DNA of 64,000 nt from assembly GCA_964019335.1 (NCBI GenBank), contig OZ025671.1, positions 124,001 to 188,000 on the forward strand, in the 5' to 3' direction. Each line of letters starts with the position of its first letter. Within the stretch, counting starts at the first letter, position 1. This document shows, piece by piece, positions 47,560 to 59,955 of this stretch. The notes under the pieces were generated by a model. It did not search any database. It was not told where the DNA came from and was given only the letters and a program-made list of their open reading frames with translations. Source of the DNA: Diplonema japonicum. Its lineage: Eukaryota > Protista > Euglenozoa: Diplonemea. Both the position numbers and the translations under genes were made by a program.

Positions 47560-47892
47560 GCCTTTTAAGGGTGCCTGCAGTATGTGGCAGGGCGCCCTGC
47601 ACAAGTATCGTCTACTTGATTACAGGGGGCGCGCCTCGGCCTAGTTGTAGCTTCTTCTGCGTTCCGCGTCGTGTCCTTCATACGTGCGGTGTGCAACTCA
47701 ACCCCAGCCATGGCGCCCCTGGTAACCAAGATTCGGAGCCCGTGCAGTTTGCTGCCCGTTCGTCACCCTGAGCATCTGCGATACGTTCTTCCACTCGGGC
47801 GCTACCGGTGATGACCGACGTGGAGGTCAACAGCGAACAACACATCTGATGTACTTCTTTATATTGCCATATATCTGTGTTATCCCCACCAC

Positions 47893-47893
<1 letters not shown>
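47560..47893 (-). mobile_element. HDV-ribozyme-headed retroposon, copy B (no 5S)
   Basis: Colinear with 14686-14930; starts at ribozyme G1; flanked by taaaaaaaa (47551-47559 and 47894-47902, low complexity). Confidence 0.88.
47747..47893 (-). ncRNA. HDV-like self-cleaving ribozyme
   Basis: P1 GGUGGUG/CAUCACC; ACC-UCCACGUC-GGU; GG; P4 CGCCCGAGU..GCUCAGGGUG; ACGAA; P2; J1/2 forms an extra hairpin. Confidence 0.85.
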
Positions 47894-47935
<42 letters not shown>

Positions 47936-47946
47936 AAAAATGGAAC

Positions 47947-48621
47947 CTACACAACAATAGGCAGTGCCATCCCCATACAAGGAAGGTCGACGGTGAGAGA
48001 TGAGGCGCAAGGGGTGTTCTTCTTTCTAAGAGATTGAGCTATGGGTTCAAAAGACTCTAGGGAGAGGAGGAAACCGATGTTGGGGGAGACAGAAGACCTC
48101 CGTGTCCTGAGGTAGTCAAACGTACTATCACTAGTCTGTCCCGTCTGCATCATGAGGTAAGCGGCGATGAGGGTGGATGAGCGAGAGATCCCCCCACGGC
48201 AGTGAACAAGGACGTTCCCACCTTGAGCCCTGCTTTTGTGGATAAATTCACAGGCTGTGAGGAAATACTCTCGCAATGGTGCATCACAATCGTCCTTTAC
48301 AGGGATCCGAAGGACGTTAGGTGCTTTGTAACCCTCTTCATCTTCTAGGACACCACATTCGACGGTGGCGTTGACCACGTGAGTGATCTTGTGTTTCTTC
48401 ATCTCAACCTTGTTAAGAGCGTCCCCCGCATCTCCTAGGTACAAACCTTCCAGAATCTTGCTGGCGCCCCACGAGCCCATCTCGGGCAGGGGCAACGGTA
48501 CACTGCTCACACTCTTCACCGCCACCGGCAGCGTGTCATGAGTCAACAACAACGACGGCAGAGCCCTCTGCTTCGGGCGCCTTTTAGCTACGCTGCATGC
48601 CGCGGGCTTGGAGTTGCACAT
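47947..48621 (-). CDS. dual-specificity protein phosphatase
   Basis: GLYLG, VLVHCRGGISRS, SPNIGF. Confidence 0.95.
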   Translation of the reverse strand: MCNSKPAACSVAKRRPKQRALPSLLLTHDTLPVAVKSVSSVPLPLPEMGSWGASKILEGLYLGDAGDALNKVEMKKHKITHVVNATVECGVLEDEEGYKAPNVLRIPVKDDCDAPLREYFLTACEFIHKSRAQGGNVLVHCRGGISRSSTLIAAYLMMQTGQTSDSTFDYLRTRRSSVSPNIGFLLSLESFEPIAQSLRKKNTPCASSLTVDLPCMGMALPIVV

Positions 48622-48750
48622 GTTAATCTTCCTTTTTCTTAGATCCTTTTTTCTTATTTTTTTTTGTATTTTTTGAGTTGAATATGGGTGGGGGGGGGGG
48701 GGGAGAAATACTATGAACATTTTTAAAAAAAAAACCCCCCCCGCCCCCAA

Positions 48751-49177
48751 TTATGAAGCTTCCTGCGACGCTTCAGGTTGCAGCTGCTGCGACTTCTCAG
48801 GTTCCGTTTCATTTGGCTATGAAAAAAAAAAAAAAGGTTTAGGGAGCGTTTTTTTTTTTTTTTTTTTTCTTCCCACATACCCCTCGTCCTTTTATAATTT
48901 CCACGTCCTCCCACCGTTCCTCGCCTTCTGTCCCTGTCCTGTACACGACGAATAGCTCTGTTCCGGTGTCGGCGGCAGTGAGGCCGCTGTCGCATAGCGT
49001 AGAGGGGTCCTCCAACTGTTGCTTGCCCAGCAACAACCGTTGGTCAGCCGCCGGGGTGCCGGTTATGGCGGCAACCTTTTCTTTAACATTGAAGACAGTG
49101 TCATTCGGCTCGCAGTGCAGGAAGAAGGTCTGCTTCCGCCGCTTCACCCTGACGTACATAGGGGGCGTGGTAGACAT
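48751..49177 (-). CDS. Elongin B-like ubiquitin-like protein
   Basis: MYVRVKRRKQTFFL..TV..VKEK..DQRL; intron 48817-48880. Confidence 0.8.
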
Positions 49178-49285
49178 GGGACACACCGGCACTGTTCGGG
49201 GGAGGGGGGTAATATTTACTTAATCTAACAATTTACAAAAGAAAAGTTAAATTACTCCTTCAAAAAAAAGTGTAATAACGTCCCC

Positions 49286-49859
49286 TCAATTAAGGCTGTT
49301 TTTTGCTGCGTTCTGCTTCCACCAAGCTGAGTACGAAGTCTTTATATATGTGTCGAATTCCACAACAGCGGAGCTCAGTATCGATAACGAGTCACCTAGC
49401 AGCAGAGAGAGCCGTGTGTGTGGGATGACAGAAGCATCCTTATCTATTTGGTAATTGATAGAGAACAGAGAACATACCGCGTAGCCAGAGCATTTGATCC
49501 ATGTGCATGACCATTAGGGTGGAATCTGCTGATGGGTTCTGGGAGATGGTGACCTTACAGAACCTCCTGGCTGCGTTCCATTGGTTGATGAAGGGAAAGT
49601 CCTGCAGCCCCACCTGAGGGGAACCCCACACCGCGACGAACCTTAAGGAGTCGCCATCCCCCCAGTCCAGGTACGCCACTTTCTTGTCGCTGCTTATTGT
49701 AACCATTAGCTTCTGACCCCTCTCCTCTGCTGGGTACCCTAGGTCCACCACGATGTTCTTCAGCTCACTCAGCGTCATCCACTCAGGCTTTTCTTCCCCT
49801 TTTACCGAGACAAGGCAGCACACATACCACACTGCCCATATCACTGAAACAGGTCGCAT
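49286..49859 (-). CDS. signal-peptide YbjN-like domain protein
   Basis: INQWNAARRFCKV motif; short intron at ~49444-49477 extends the ORF to ...KNSLN*. Confidence 0.7.
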
Positions 49860-50106
49860 TATCTCCTTTTTTTTTGAAATTTTTGGGGAGGAAGGGAATT
49901 CAAAAAAAAAAAAACCACAAAAATAATAAAGGATAAGGGGGGGTGGGAAAAAAAGAGTTATCCGCGAAAACTAAGATTGCTTCTTTTTTTTAATAAAAAA
50001 AAATTGCGTTGTGTGTATTATTTTTCATAGAAAGGAGAACAATAAGGTCAGTTGGGGGGTTGGGGTGGGGGGAGGGGGGGGTATTAAACCAAAAATAAAA
50101 CAAAAC

Positions 50107-50451
50107 CTATTGCAACTGAGGATGGGAGTGCTCGGCAATGGCAGCGTGGTAGGAGGGCATCGCACTGCGCGACGCTGCTTCCCACCTCCTGTCGAACTCA
50201 TGCACATGGTCTGAAGGAACGTTGTGCAGGTCCTGCAGAGTGTTCTCCTCACCTGTGAGCAAACTGCGATGTTTCACAATAGAGACGCTCTGCCCTTCCA
50301 ACTCCCTCTCCAGCGAAATCGTTTCCCTGCCAAGATGTTCATCCCGTTCATTGGACCGTGTTTCGCCTATCCGGGCTGCGGTGTTGTACACCCTCGATGT
50401 CTTCTTGTGGTACGACCCACCTTGCTCCGCACGCCTAAGGAGTTCTTCCAT
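50107..50451 (-). CDS. hypothetical protein, 114 aa
   Basis: GC-rich ORF island; ATG follows an A tract. Confidence 0.7.
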   Translation of the reverse strand: MEELLRRAEQGGSYHKKTSRVYNTAARIGETRSNERDEHLGRETISLERELEGQSVSIVKHRSLLTGEENTLQDLHNVPSDHVHEFDRRWEAASRSAMPSYHAAIAEHSHPQLQ

Positions 50452-50537
50452 TTTCTTTTTTTTTGCTCTTTCTGTTTTATTTTCTCCCTTTGAAAGGGAA
50501 AAAAAAAAAAAAAAAAAAAAAGGGGAATCTAAAATTA

Positions 50538-51218
50538 TTAAAGCTCCTCTGGTGTTTTTCTGGATTCAAGGAGTTGGAGTGCCTTTATTTGCATGTCATG
50601 TTTCTCATTCCCGCCTGTAGAAGGATCGACGCCTAAGTAATCGAACAGAGCACGGAGCTTCTTGACCTTGTACGTCTTCACCTGGTCGGGTGTGGGGAAC
50701 TCACCTTCGTCAAGGTTGAGTAGTTGTCTTGCTTTGGCTTTCTTCTTCGCGGCGGACTTTTCGGCAGACAACTTCTTTTTGTTTAAGAGCTTTGTGCGAA
50801 ACTTGTGGTCGTTTCTGCGAAGCCACTCGGCGTCTATCCGTTGTCGGACTAACTTGATCTGCTCTTTGCGTTCCGTTTCATCTTCAGGAAATCCTAAAAT
50901 TGTGAGTTTTTCCACGTCGTTCTTGAACCGCATTGTCTTTAACATCTTCTTCGTCAGCGGCTCCCAGATCTGAGTTTTCAAGTATGCCCCTGTGATGCCC
51001 CTCTCCTTCCAAACTTCTTTATCCAAAGTGCATTCCGGAAACTCAGGAGAAATAAACCCTATAAACTCGGCAACTCTTATATGGTTCCACGTGTCCAGAG
51101 CTAACCAAGAGTCGTTTTCCTGCAGCCCTGTCAAATCGTGGAACTCCTTCCCCTGTGCCACACTGGTTATCAATGTTAATACAAAACACACTATCAGAAG
51201 TGGTTTTGTTGTGTTCAT
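50538..51218 (-). CDS. secretory-pathway protein with SAM-like and SAP/ARMET_C-like motifs, ending in EEL
   Basis: Signal peptide; TWNHIRVAEFI..GITGAYL; KVKKLRALFDYLGVD..EKHDM. Confidence 0.75.
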   Translation of the reverse strand: MNTTKPLLIVCFVLTLITSVAQGKEFHDLTGLQENDSWLALDTWNHIRVAEFIGFISPEFPECTLDKEVWKERGITGAYLKTQIWEPLTKKMLKTMRFKNDVEKLTILGFPEDETERKEQIKLVRQRIDAEWLRRNDHKFRTKLLNKKKLSAEKSAAKKKAKARQLLNLDEGEFPTPDQVKTYKVKKLRALFDYLGVDPSTGGNEKHDMQIKALQLLESRKTPEEL

Positions 51219-51641
51219 TTTTTCTTTTTTCTTTCACTACCCCTCCCTATTTTTTTTTCTTCCTCTTTTGCGGGGGGGGTGGGGGGGGGGGGGGGGGGGG
51301 AGGGTGCCAGGTGAAGCGAGAAATGAAAAACAAATAATGTGTTATACTTTTTTCTTTTTCTTTTTTTTTTTTTGAAAGACTTTTTTTGTATCTAAGTTGA
51401 ACAGGAATTGGGAGGGGGGTAAAAAAAAACGAGGTTAAAAAAAAAAGATCTAGATCGACAAACAGTATCAGCAACAACCTACCAAAATAAAATAAAAATT
51501 CACTATGATAGGAACGAAGTGGTTAGCAACGGCCCGCCCAAAAAATAAAAAAAAAACAAAAAAAAGGGTCACGACTTCCTTCATGCTCTCTTTCTTCTGT
51601 TTTAAAATCCCAAACTGCACACATCCTTCTAAAGACTAAAC

Positions 51642-54600
51642 CTAAGAAAATTCAGCAAGCTTAATATCATGGCTCACGTACGTCTGTACAGTAGGTGACT
51701 CAGAGAGCAGCTTTGGAGGAGTGTGAGTAGGGATGGGGACGTAACTGGGCCGTGGAGTCGGGCGGAGAGGTGTGTGCCGTGTGGCAGGCTTGACGTCTGT
51801 GTGGCGGTACCAAAAATGTTCCCCACGTGGCCCTCGGACGTAGAAGGGCCGCTCACACCACACATCGATGTCAGCCACGATGCCCACGTCGCTGCCTCGG
51901 AGGCTGCCGCTTGTGTCAGAGGTGTTGACTAGCTCCACAGACTGCAGATAGGTGAGGCGGGTGTGTGATGTGACATACCTCTCCCACTCGCAAGGAAGCC
52001 TGCTTCACGTCATGCTTTTTCACACGCTGCATGTTGTTGGAATGGTTGCTACTCCTTCTGCCCAATGGCGTCGCAGGCGATGCCAGCTCCACCTTCGCAC
52101 TCCCAAACGCAGAAGCAGGGAACGGTACTCTCCTCACACTACCCGCCATGCTCTGCATGTCACCCCATGCTTCTACCTGTTACGGTTTTTTTTGTTTTTG
52201 TTTTTGTTTTTTTTTTGTTCGTATCGTACCTGTGATGTCGTGATGAACAGCCGCTCGGTCGCCTCGTGGACCTCGACTGCTGAAAGCAGCTTGAAGGTCG
52301 CCTCCCTCCTCGCCGAGTCATCTACCACCATCGACAGTTCCTGCTGTGAGGCTTTCAGAGCAGTCTGAAGCCTCCCCACTTCTGAGGACAGTATCTTTTG
52401 AAGCTCTAAAATTTGCTCTTGCTGCTCTTGCATGTCATCCACTTGCTCTCCTTTCATCCTGCTTAATGCGTTATGCAGCTCGTAGCCACTCAGCAGCCCT
52501 GCAGACGACACGTGTTCCAAGGAGTATTGCAGCAGTGACACCTCTGAGAGTGATACGCCCTGCGATACCCTGCCACCCTCTGTCACCTGCAGTGGTGTTC
52601 CGTCCGGCCCCGGTACCACATTGCCGCTGGGGCCTAGTACTGTCTTCTTGTCTACTGCCGTCGTGCACACTTTTCCGGTGCTCCACACGAACGGCTTCCC
52701 GTTTTCTGCGACCACCGGCCGGCCGTCTGTCATCAAGTAGCCCCCCTCACGCGTCTTCACCACATGCAGCCCGTCGCTCCCCACGTAGAACTCCCCTCTG
52801 TGGTCTTTCTCTATGAGCAGCCCTTCCTTCGAGTAAGCCTTCTTCTCCTGCGACACGAACACGTCTTCTGAGAACTGCGTCAGAAAGAGCAGCTCGTTGT
52901 TTGTGACAACAGGGTGCAGTCTCTCCCTAGCAGCGGTGACGGGCAGGTGTGTCAGGGGGTCGGCCAGCACCGTGTTGTTGTCAGGCAGCACAACAGCTCC
53001 GTCGGGATACCTCAGAGGCCCACCGCCGCGTGCTGACAATACCTTCACGCCGTCCTCCAAGACATACGTGGGTGGGTCGTGTGTCACAAGCATTGCTATC
53101 CTGCCGTCCCTGGACCTGTACGGGTTCCCCTCAGGCGTCATGGCCACCGCAACACCTGCCGTTGTGCATGGCTCGCCCTTTGCGTTCGATGGGTACGGTC
53201 TGTCTAAGGTGAGAACCACAATCCCTTCGATGCTCTCCACAAGAGTCACCTCTGTATTGCCGCTGAGTATCCTGCCGTCCTCGTATGTGAGGAGACGTCC
53301 AGCGATGCCCTGTATGACCCTGCCCTCCTCGGAGAGCACTGTGACGCCGTCAGGTGCGGTGGTCATGACTGTGCCCGACTTCCATGACAGAGGCTTCCCG
53401 TCCCTCATGATGACAACACGGTTGTCGTCTGTGCGGCACACAGAGTTGACGTCCCTGATGACCAGCTTGCTGGACGCCTTCAGCGGTGTCGAAAAGTTCG
53501 TCAGCGGGTCGAGCACCACAACATCGCCCTTCCCGTTGCAGAGCTTGGCTTCCGGGTTGAGGTACAGACCCTCTTGCGTACTCTTTATGAGTGGCACGTT
53601 GCCCAACATGTGCACCTCATCACCATCTGAGGTCGTCAGCTTGTTGTCGTCGTTGAAAATGATGACCTTGCCCCCTGCTCCTAGCAGTGCGTGGCCTCCC
53701 AGCAGCGCTGTCTTGCCGTCGGCACATCGTCTGATTCCGCTGTAGGGACCATCGACCTCCACGCCTACTGTACGCAGGTACTTCACGGCTTGGTTGTAGT
53801 GCCCGCTGTCCAGGTGCACCTTCAGCATGTCTGGAAGGTCTGAGCGAGACACTACTGCGTGCTGTTGTTTGAAGTCTACCTTCACCTTCTCCCATTCGGC
53901 TTCAGATCGAACCTCGCGAATAGCGTGCAGAATGCTGTCAAAGTCAGTGAGGTCGCCCTTGAGGTTCGCAAAGATCCTGAAGGCAATGCTGGGATGGGAG
54001 TGAGGGTGGGGGTCTATCGCGACGGTGGCTGGCGTCACAGACGTCATGTGTGCGATGGCCGCAGACATTGGAGTTGCAGGGGTGGGCAGAGTCGTCGGAA
54101 GCTCAAGCACAATGCCGCGGCGCTTCAGGATCAGCCTGCACTTGTCTAGATCCGCATCGCTGAGCTCGCTCTTGAGCGCTTGGAGCACGTCGCCTCCATG
54201 GAAGGACGTGTGCACGGCAGAGAAGTCCCCCTTCACTTGTTCCCACTCCTCTTGTGACCTCATCATGCTGAAACATTCATATATCGCGTTTTCATCTGTT
54301 CCAAAGCCCTTCATAGCCTCATATAGCCTTCCGATAGCATTCAGAGGGCCCTTCTCTTCCAGTTCCAACTTACTTTTCCGCATGATCACCTTGCACTTCG
54401 ACAGCTCTGATTCGTTCAGTTCGTCCTTCAGAGCTGCCACGAGATCTCCTTCGTAGAAAGTTGGGTGAGCGGCTCCGAAGCCCTGCTTCACATCGCCCCA
54501 CATCTCTTGCGACGTGACCTTGCTGAGATTCTCGTAGATGGCAGTCTCGTCTGTCCCGAAGCCTTTCATTGCTTTAAAAAGGTTCTCGATGACTTCAGGT

Positions 54601-57464
54601 GTTTCAAACGAAGGTGCGGGCTCGAGGTCAATACCTCGCTTTTTCAGGACGACTCTGCACTTGGAAAGCTCCGCCTCGTTCAGCTCATCCTTTAAGGCGG
54701 CTAAGAGCACCCCTTTGTGAAAGTTTGGGTATATACTGCCAAACTGATGTTGGACTTCTTTCCACATATCACAGGATGTTACCTCCGACAGGGATTCATA
54801 AATGGCCTTCTCGTCCGTCCCCAGTCCCTTCATTGCGCCGTACAGCTTCTGGCATAGGTCTACCACCGTAACGGGTGCAGGTGTGGTGTCCAGTATGATG
54901 CCCCTCTTCTTCAAGATCAGTTTGCAATTGTTCAGCTCCTTCTCGTTGAGTTCCTCCTTCAACGCCGCCAGCAGCACTCCTTCATGGAACGTGGGGTACT
55001 GCAGCTGGAACTCTTCTTGCACGTCTCTCCACACATCGGGCATCGCCACCTCTGATAACACATTATAAATCGCCTCCTCGTCAGTCCCCAGCCCTTTCAT
55101 AGCTTTGTACAGGTTAGAGACAAGATCATCAGTTGTGCCAGCATGCGGCGGACTCGTGGCCTGGTCTTGCGTAAGGTATTCCTCTGGTGCTGCTGTCTCG
55201 GTAGATGGGTGAAGCCTCATAGGGGAGGTGGCACTCTCCATCTGCACAGGAGTGTCGAAGAAGGGGCTTGTGGCTTGTTCGACACCAGCTTGCGGGGTGG
55301 GGGACATCGGCGACATGGCACGTTCAATGCCCTGGGACATCATGTACAAGGAGTCGTCCTCGCCTTCGGTGTTCAGCTCAATGTGCAACTGCCCGCAGCC
55401 GTTGGACCACTGCAGCGTGTGGGCGAGAGTCTCCAGGGTCCGAGGCGTGACGAGGATATCTGCCTCTGCGACAGGGTGGCTCGGCCCCAGTTTGTCATTG
55501 TAGAGAACGAACTGCACCGTCTTATCTGTGTGCCGCGAGTAGTGCACCCTGAACAGCTCAAACCACCGTGGGGGTGAAGTGCCACGGAAGGCGAAGGTAC
55601 GCGTGCGCCTGTCGTCCACTACCACTTCCACATACAAGTCGCCTTCAGGCGTGTTGTCGCTTGATATGACATTGATCACAAGACACTCCGACAGCCTTCC
55701 CACGATGGTGCCGTCACTGCCCAGTGCTACAGGGCGGCCCTCGGCATCACATGCTTTCCCCTTGCTGTCCACATGGATCGGCCTGCCGTCGGTGCCCCGG
55801 ATGACACGCCCATCGTTGCCCAGTACACTTCTTCTGTCGTGCCCCACAATGCAGGCGTCACCATTCCCCCACAGGAAGGGGGTGCCCTCGTGGTTCACCA
55901 CGACAGGAGTACCATCCTCAAGTTCGAAGATGCTACCCGTATCCAGCACGACCCTCCCATCCTTAGACCTTACCGGGATGTTGTTCCTTGTGTATACGAA
56001 CACGCCCCCCTCTGTCCTGATCTTGTCGTCCTTGTCGTGGTATAGCTGCGAACCGTTCTTCAGGGTTGTGCCATCTAACCGAGGCACGAGAGCGATGCCT
56101 TCGCCTCTGTATATGATAACACGCACGGGCTGCCCGCTGCTGTCGACAGGCCTGCCATGCTGCAGCTCGACAGGGTTGTTCCCTTTCATCATCACCACCC
56201 GTCCGTCGGGGCCAAGGATGGTGCGCCCGTCAGGAGCGATGGTGACGCCCTCCACCGCCTTGCCGTCAGAGCCGAAGGGCTGTGCCGTGTCCTCGATCTT
56301 CGTGTCGTGCTGTGCCAAGTCTACAGTGAGGCCGGTCGAGTCTACTGCCCGCCCATCGGAAGCCAGTGTGATAGGCCTGTTGTCCCTGCCCAGCAACACC
56401 CTGCCATCGTTGCCTAACACCGTTTTGCCATCAGATCCCGCCACGCAGCAGTTCCCATTCGACCACACGAAAGGCCTCCCGGACTGCAGCACAACTGGAA
56501 GTGTGTCTTCCAACTCCGGCCGCCCATCCACAGCCCTCCGCACCACGACTCTGCCGTCAGAAGCGGTGAGCGGCACCTTCGTGGCTGCGTTAGGCTGCAC
56601 TTCGATGATGCGCCCGTCCAGTACACGGATGTTGCTGAAAGCATCGTCGAAGACAGCCCTCCCATCGCGCAGCGTCACCGCCTTGCCGTCGATGTCGTGG
56701 CGCTTCGTGAGGGCCACGTACCCAGAGGTCGTGGACACGAGCGTTACTTCCTCATTCCTGCTTGTGATCAGACCGCCGTCCTGGAACTGCACGGGTTTCC
56801 CATCTGGTGCAACAAGCACCTTCCCGTCCTTGTCACCGATGACGGTCCTGCCGTCGGCGGCGATGGTGAGGGGCAAAGGGCGTGATGTGACGGGGTCGAC
56901 GAGCTGGTTGAGGTTGGCGTTCTTCTGCAGCAGCGTGTCGGGGGTGAGGGTGGCGGGCGGCGGCTTACGGGACTCTTTTTTGTAGATAGCGTGGGAGAGG
57001 AGGCACTTCCAGCGGATACGCCGCAGGACAATCATGTTCGTGTGCAGGAGGTGCCTGCTCACCTGATGTTGGTACTTAGAGAGATGTTGTTTACGTTTTT
57101 GAAGTGCTTGGTTGGCTTGTTTCAGGTCTTGTTTTGTTCTCAGGCTCATCCTGCGGAGGTTGCTGGTGTCCTCATTGTGCTCGTGCTCCGCTTGTTCCAC
57201 GGCAGCCATTTTCTCAGCCGCGTTCTGCGCTTTTACAGCTGCGTTCTCGATGGAAAGCTTCTGAAGCTCTTCATCTCTCTCCCTTAGGGAGTCGTCTGTT
57301 TCCCGTTGCAGCTGCTTTTTTTCCTTCTGAAGCTTCTCCACCTGCTCCTCCAGCTCGCTCAGCCTGTCTGTCATTGAGCTGAGATTACTGCAGCTAGATG
57401 CCGCTGAAGATCTACGGATGTGCAGCGATTGGACTGTATCGATGCTGCTTAGACGCCGCTTCAT
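51642..57464 (-). CDS. giant protein: coiled coil, DG beta-repeats, C2 domain, 4-5 annexin-like repeats, DG repeats, small C-terminal domain
   Basis: LYKAMKGLGTDE-like motif x4; DLYVEV..PRWFELF C2; introns 52177-52229 and 51942-51978 join the downstream ORFs; start uncertain. Confidence 0.88.
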
Positions 57465-57739
57465 CCCTTGAACAGCCCCTTCAAGGGGTCCCTGTGTGGT
57501 TGTGTTAGAGTGGGGCAGTGCAACAGAAGAGGAAAAAAAAAGAAAAAAAAAAGAAAACAAGAAGGGAGGGGGAGAGAGAAGGGATAGGGGCCTCCCTGGC
57601 GACAACAACTGCTGGCAGACGAACGAGACGTGGCGAAAAAAAAATTAAAAAATAATAAAAAAAACATCGTTCTTTTCTTTTTTTTTTTTCTTTTTTAAAA
57701 TATTCTCGAAAAAAGGTCTTGGAAAAAAAAAAGATGTCT

Positions 57740-57772
57740 TTGAAGGAACCTGCAGTATGTGACAGGATCGCC
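57740..57772 (-). mobile_element. isolated retroposon 3' stem-loop fragment
   Basis: aaggaacctgcagtatgtgacagg resembles 47567-47591 and 35948-35967. Confidence 0.6.
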
Positions 57773-58002
57773 TAAAAAAGAAAAAGACATAAAATAAAAT
57801 AAGATGACAAATTACCATTTTTTTTTTTTTAGAAAAAGAAAATAAGGAAAACGTCCGTAATACGCTCACCCCCCCTTTTATTTTTTCAGGACTCTCCTGT
57901 TTTCTCTTACTTCCTTGAAGCACAACTACTGCGTCAAGAGTAGGGACATGAACGTTGGCCCGGTTCAAGCGAAATCAAAAAAAAAAAAAATATATATATA
58001 TA

Positions 58003-58128
58003 TATGAGTTAAAGGAAGTCTTTGTGAGACGCCCCCTTGTTCTCATGCTCTACCTGCACCTATCCCCTTTCAGCAGCGGTTTCTCCTTCTTCGGTGGTCG
58101 TGCCGGCCTCCTCCCCAGCTTGGCTACT
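58003..58128 (-). mobile_element. retroelement 3' end with the shared tail but a different body
   Basis: atatgagttaaagga tail as at 3187 and 7384, followed by unrelated GC-rich sequence. Confidence 0.55.
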
Positions 58129-58373
58129 TTAAAAAAAAAAAAAAAAAGAATGGTGGAGCGCAACCAAATGTACGGACGGGAAATGTAAGTGAAACAAAAA
58201 AAAAAACATGAAATATAGCTAAATTATTCACAACAATAATGAATTCTCATGCCACACTACTCGAATTTCTTTTTATTTATTTATTATTTCAAAGAGTGAC
58301 ATTGAAATTCATGGCGGTGGTGAATACGGATGTTGTTATGTTTCTCTCCTCAATTTTACGGCGGGCAAAATGA

Positions 58374-58437
58374 AGAACTGGCCGTTGTTTGCAAAACCAG
58401 GTTCCCCTTTGTTAGACAGTTCAACTCATTCTTGTAA
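58374..58437. repeat. family R1 copy (deleted)
   Basis: gaactggccgttgtttg..gttcccctttgttagaca..aactcattcttg. Confidence 0.7.
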
Positions 58438-59955
58438 CGAAAAACTCCCAATAAATCGAAAGTAATCTATCACAGAAAGATGCCTAAAAATCTGTAACGC
58501 AAAACTGAGAAGAGTAAAATAAAAATGTAAACATTTGATTTTTTTTTCTTTTTTCTGGTCATACAAGTAGTCCCGAGAGAAATGATGAAGAATGGATTGC
58601 ATTGCTTTTCTTTTTTTTTCTTTTAAAGGTGGATAACAGTTTTGAAGCCCCTGCTCTAAACACAAAATAAAGAAAAGAAAAAAAAAAAGAGAAGCAAGCA
58701 GAATCCGTTTTGTTTCAAAAAAAAAGAAATATGACTTTCCCGTTGTATGGCCTGAACATAAAAAAAAAAAAAAAAAAAAGAGAGAAAAAAGACAACAATT
58801 TGAAAAAGGGAATATTTAACTCACGCAAACAAAAAAAAGCCCCCCCCTTGGTAAACCATTTCTTCTTCCCCAAGAATAACTCCATGAGTTGTGTTAATTT
58901 CTTTTTTTCTTCTTTCTTTTTTCTTCACTCAAAAACAGCTAATTCCTGGTTTAGAAAAATGGGGACTGAACGGAGGGAGGGGCGGGGGGGGGGAGAGGGG
59001 GGGGAAAAAAAAAGCTTAAAGAAGCTCAAACAAATGGCTTCTTCTGTGGAAGATATGATTTTTCTCTTTTCTTTTTTTTTTTTTTTTTTTTTTCAACCCT
59101 TTCTTTTTTCTTTCCTTTTTTCTTCTTTTGAGAAAATCAAAACAATTTCTTTTTTTTTCTTCTTCTTCCACTTGCTGAACGGGGATCAAAAAAAAAAATA
59201 GGGAGGGGAGGGCATGTACACCTTGGGGAGTGAAGGGGTGGTGTAGAAAAAAAAGTGATTTTATTTGCTCTCTCTTTTTTTTCTTCTTCCAATTTCTTTT
59301 TTTCTTCTAAGGTTCCACCCAGCCACTCATAGAAATGCTCTTGAGGTGACGTGAAAATTGTTTTCCGGTATTTTGTATTCTGTCACCTCCCTTGAGGTCT
59401 GGCCTTCCTTCCTTAACCACCCCTGTCATTATCCAACAACTTTTTTTCAAGTATTTTTAGCGAATGCTGAGTGGAAAGAAAGGAACGAACAAAACCGAAA
59501 ATTATCTTCTCTACTCATTTCTTTAGCATTCCCACTTTTTTTTTTTTTTCTCTTTTTTTTCTTTCTCGTTTTCGTTAAGTATAGTATTCTGAGTAAAGTA
59601 CTAGTTTCCCGTTTTTTTCTTTTTTTTTCTTTCTTTTTTTTTTTTTTTTGGCCTCCCCTCCTTGTGGGAAGAGGACACAGTCGTAAAAAAAAAAAGAAAA
59701 GGAAAAAAAAAAATTCACCATGATAGGAAACGAAGTGGGGCCCACAAAAAAAAAAAAGATATTTTGATCCTTCAAAGGAGGTGCTCTTCCTTATCCGGCT
59801 TCTTCCCCCCCCATCGTGTTGACAAATTCTTATTTTGGTTTTCTTTCACTTCCCCCAGCCCTTTTCATTCTTTTTGTTCAAGCAAAAACACAACAAACGA
59901 GAGGGAGGGGAGATCGACAGAAAATATATTTTTCAAAGATAAAGGAGAAAAGGGG

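Noticed and set aside
52897-56985. Long plus-strand ORFs (282 and 468 aa) and similar antisense ORFs elsewhere
   Set aside because: Shadows of GC-rich minus-strand genes
59384-59410. Plus-strand acc-tcccttga-ggt resembling an HDV P3/L3
   Set aside because: No matching P1, P1.1 GG or J4/2
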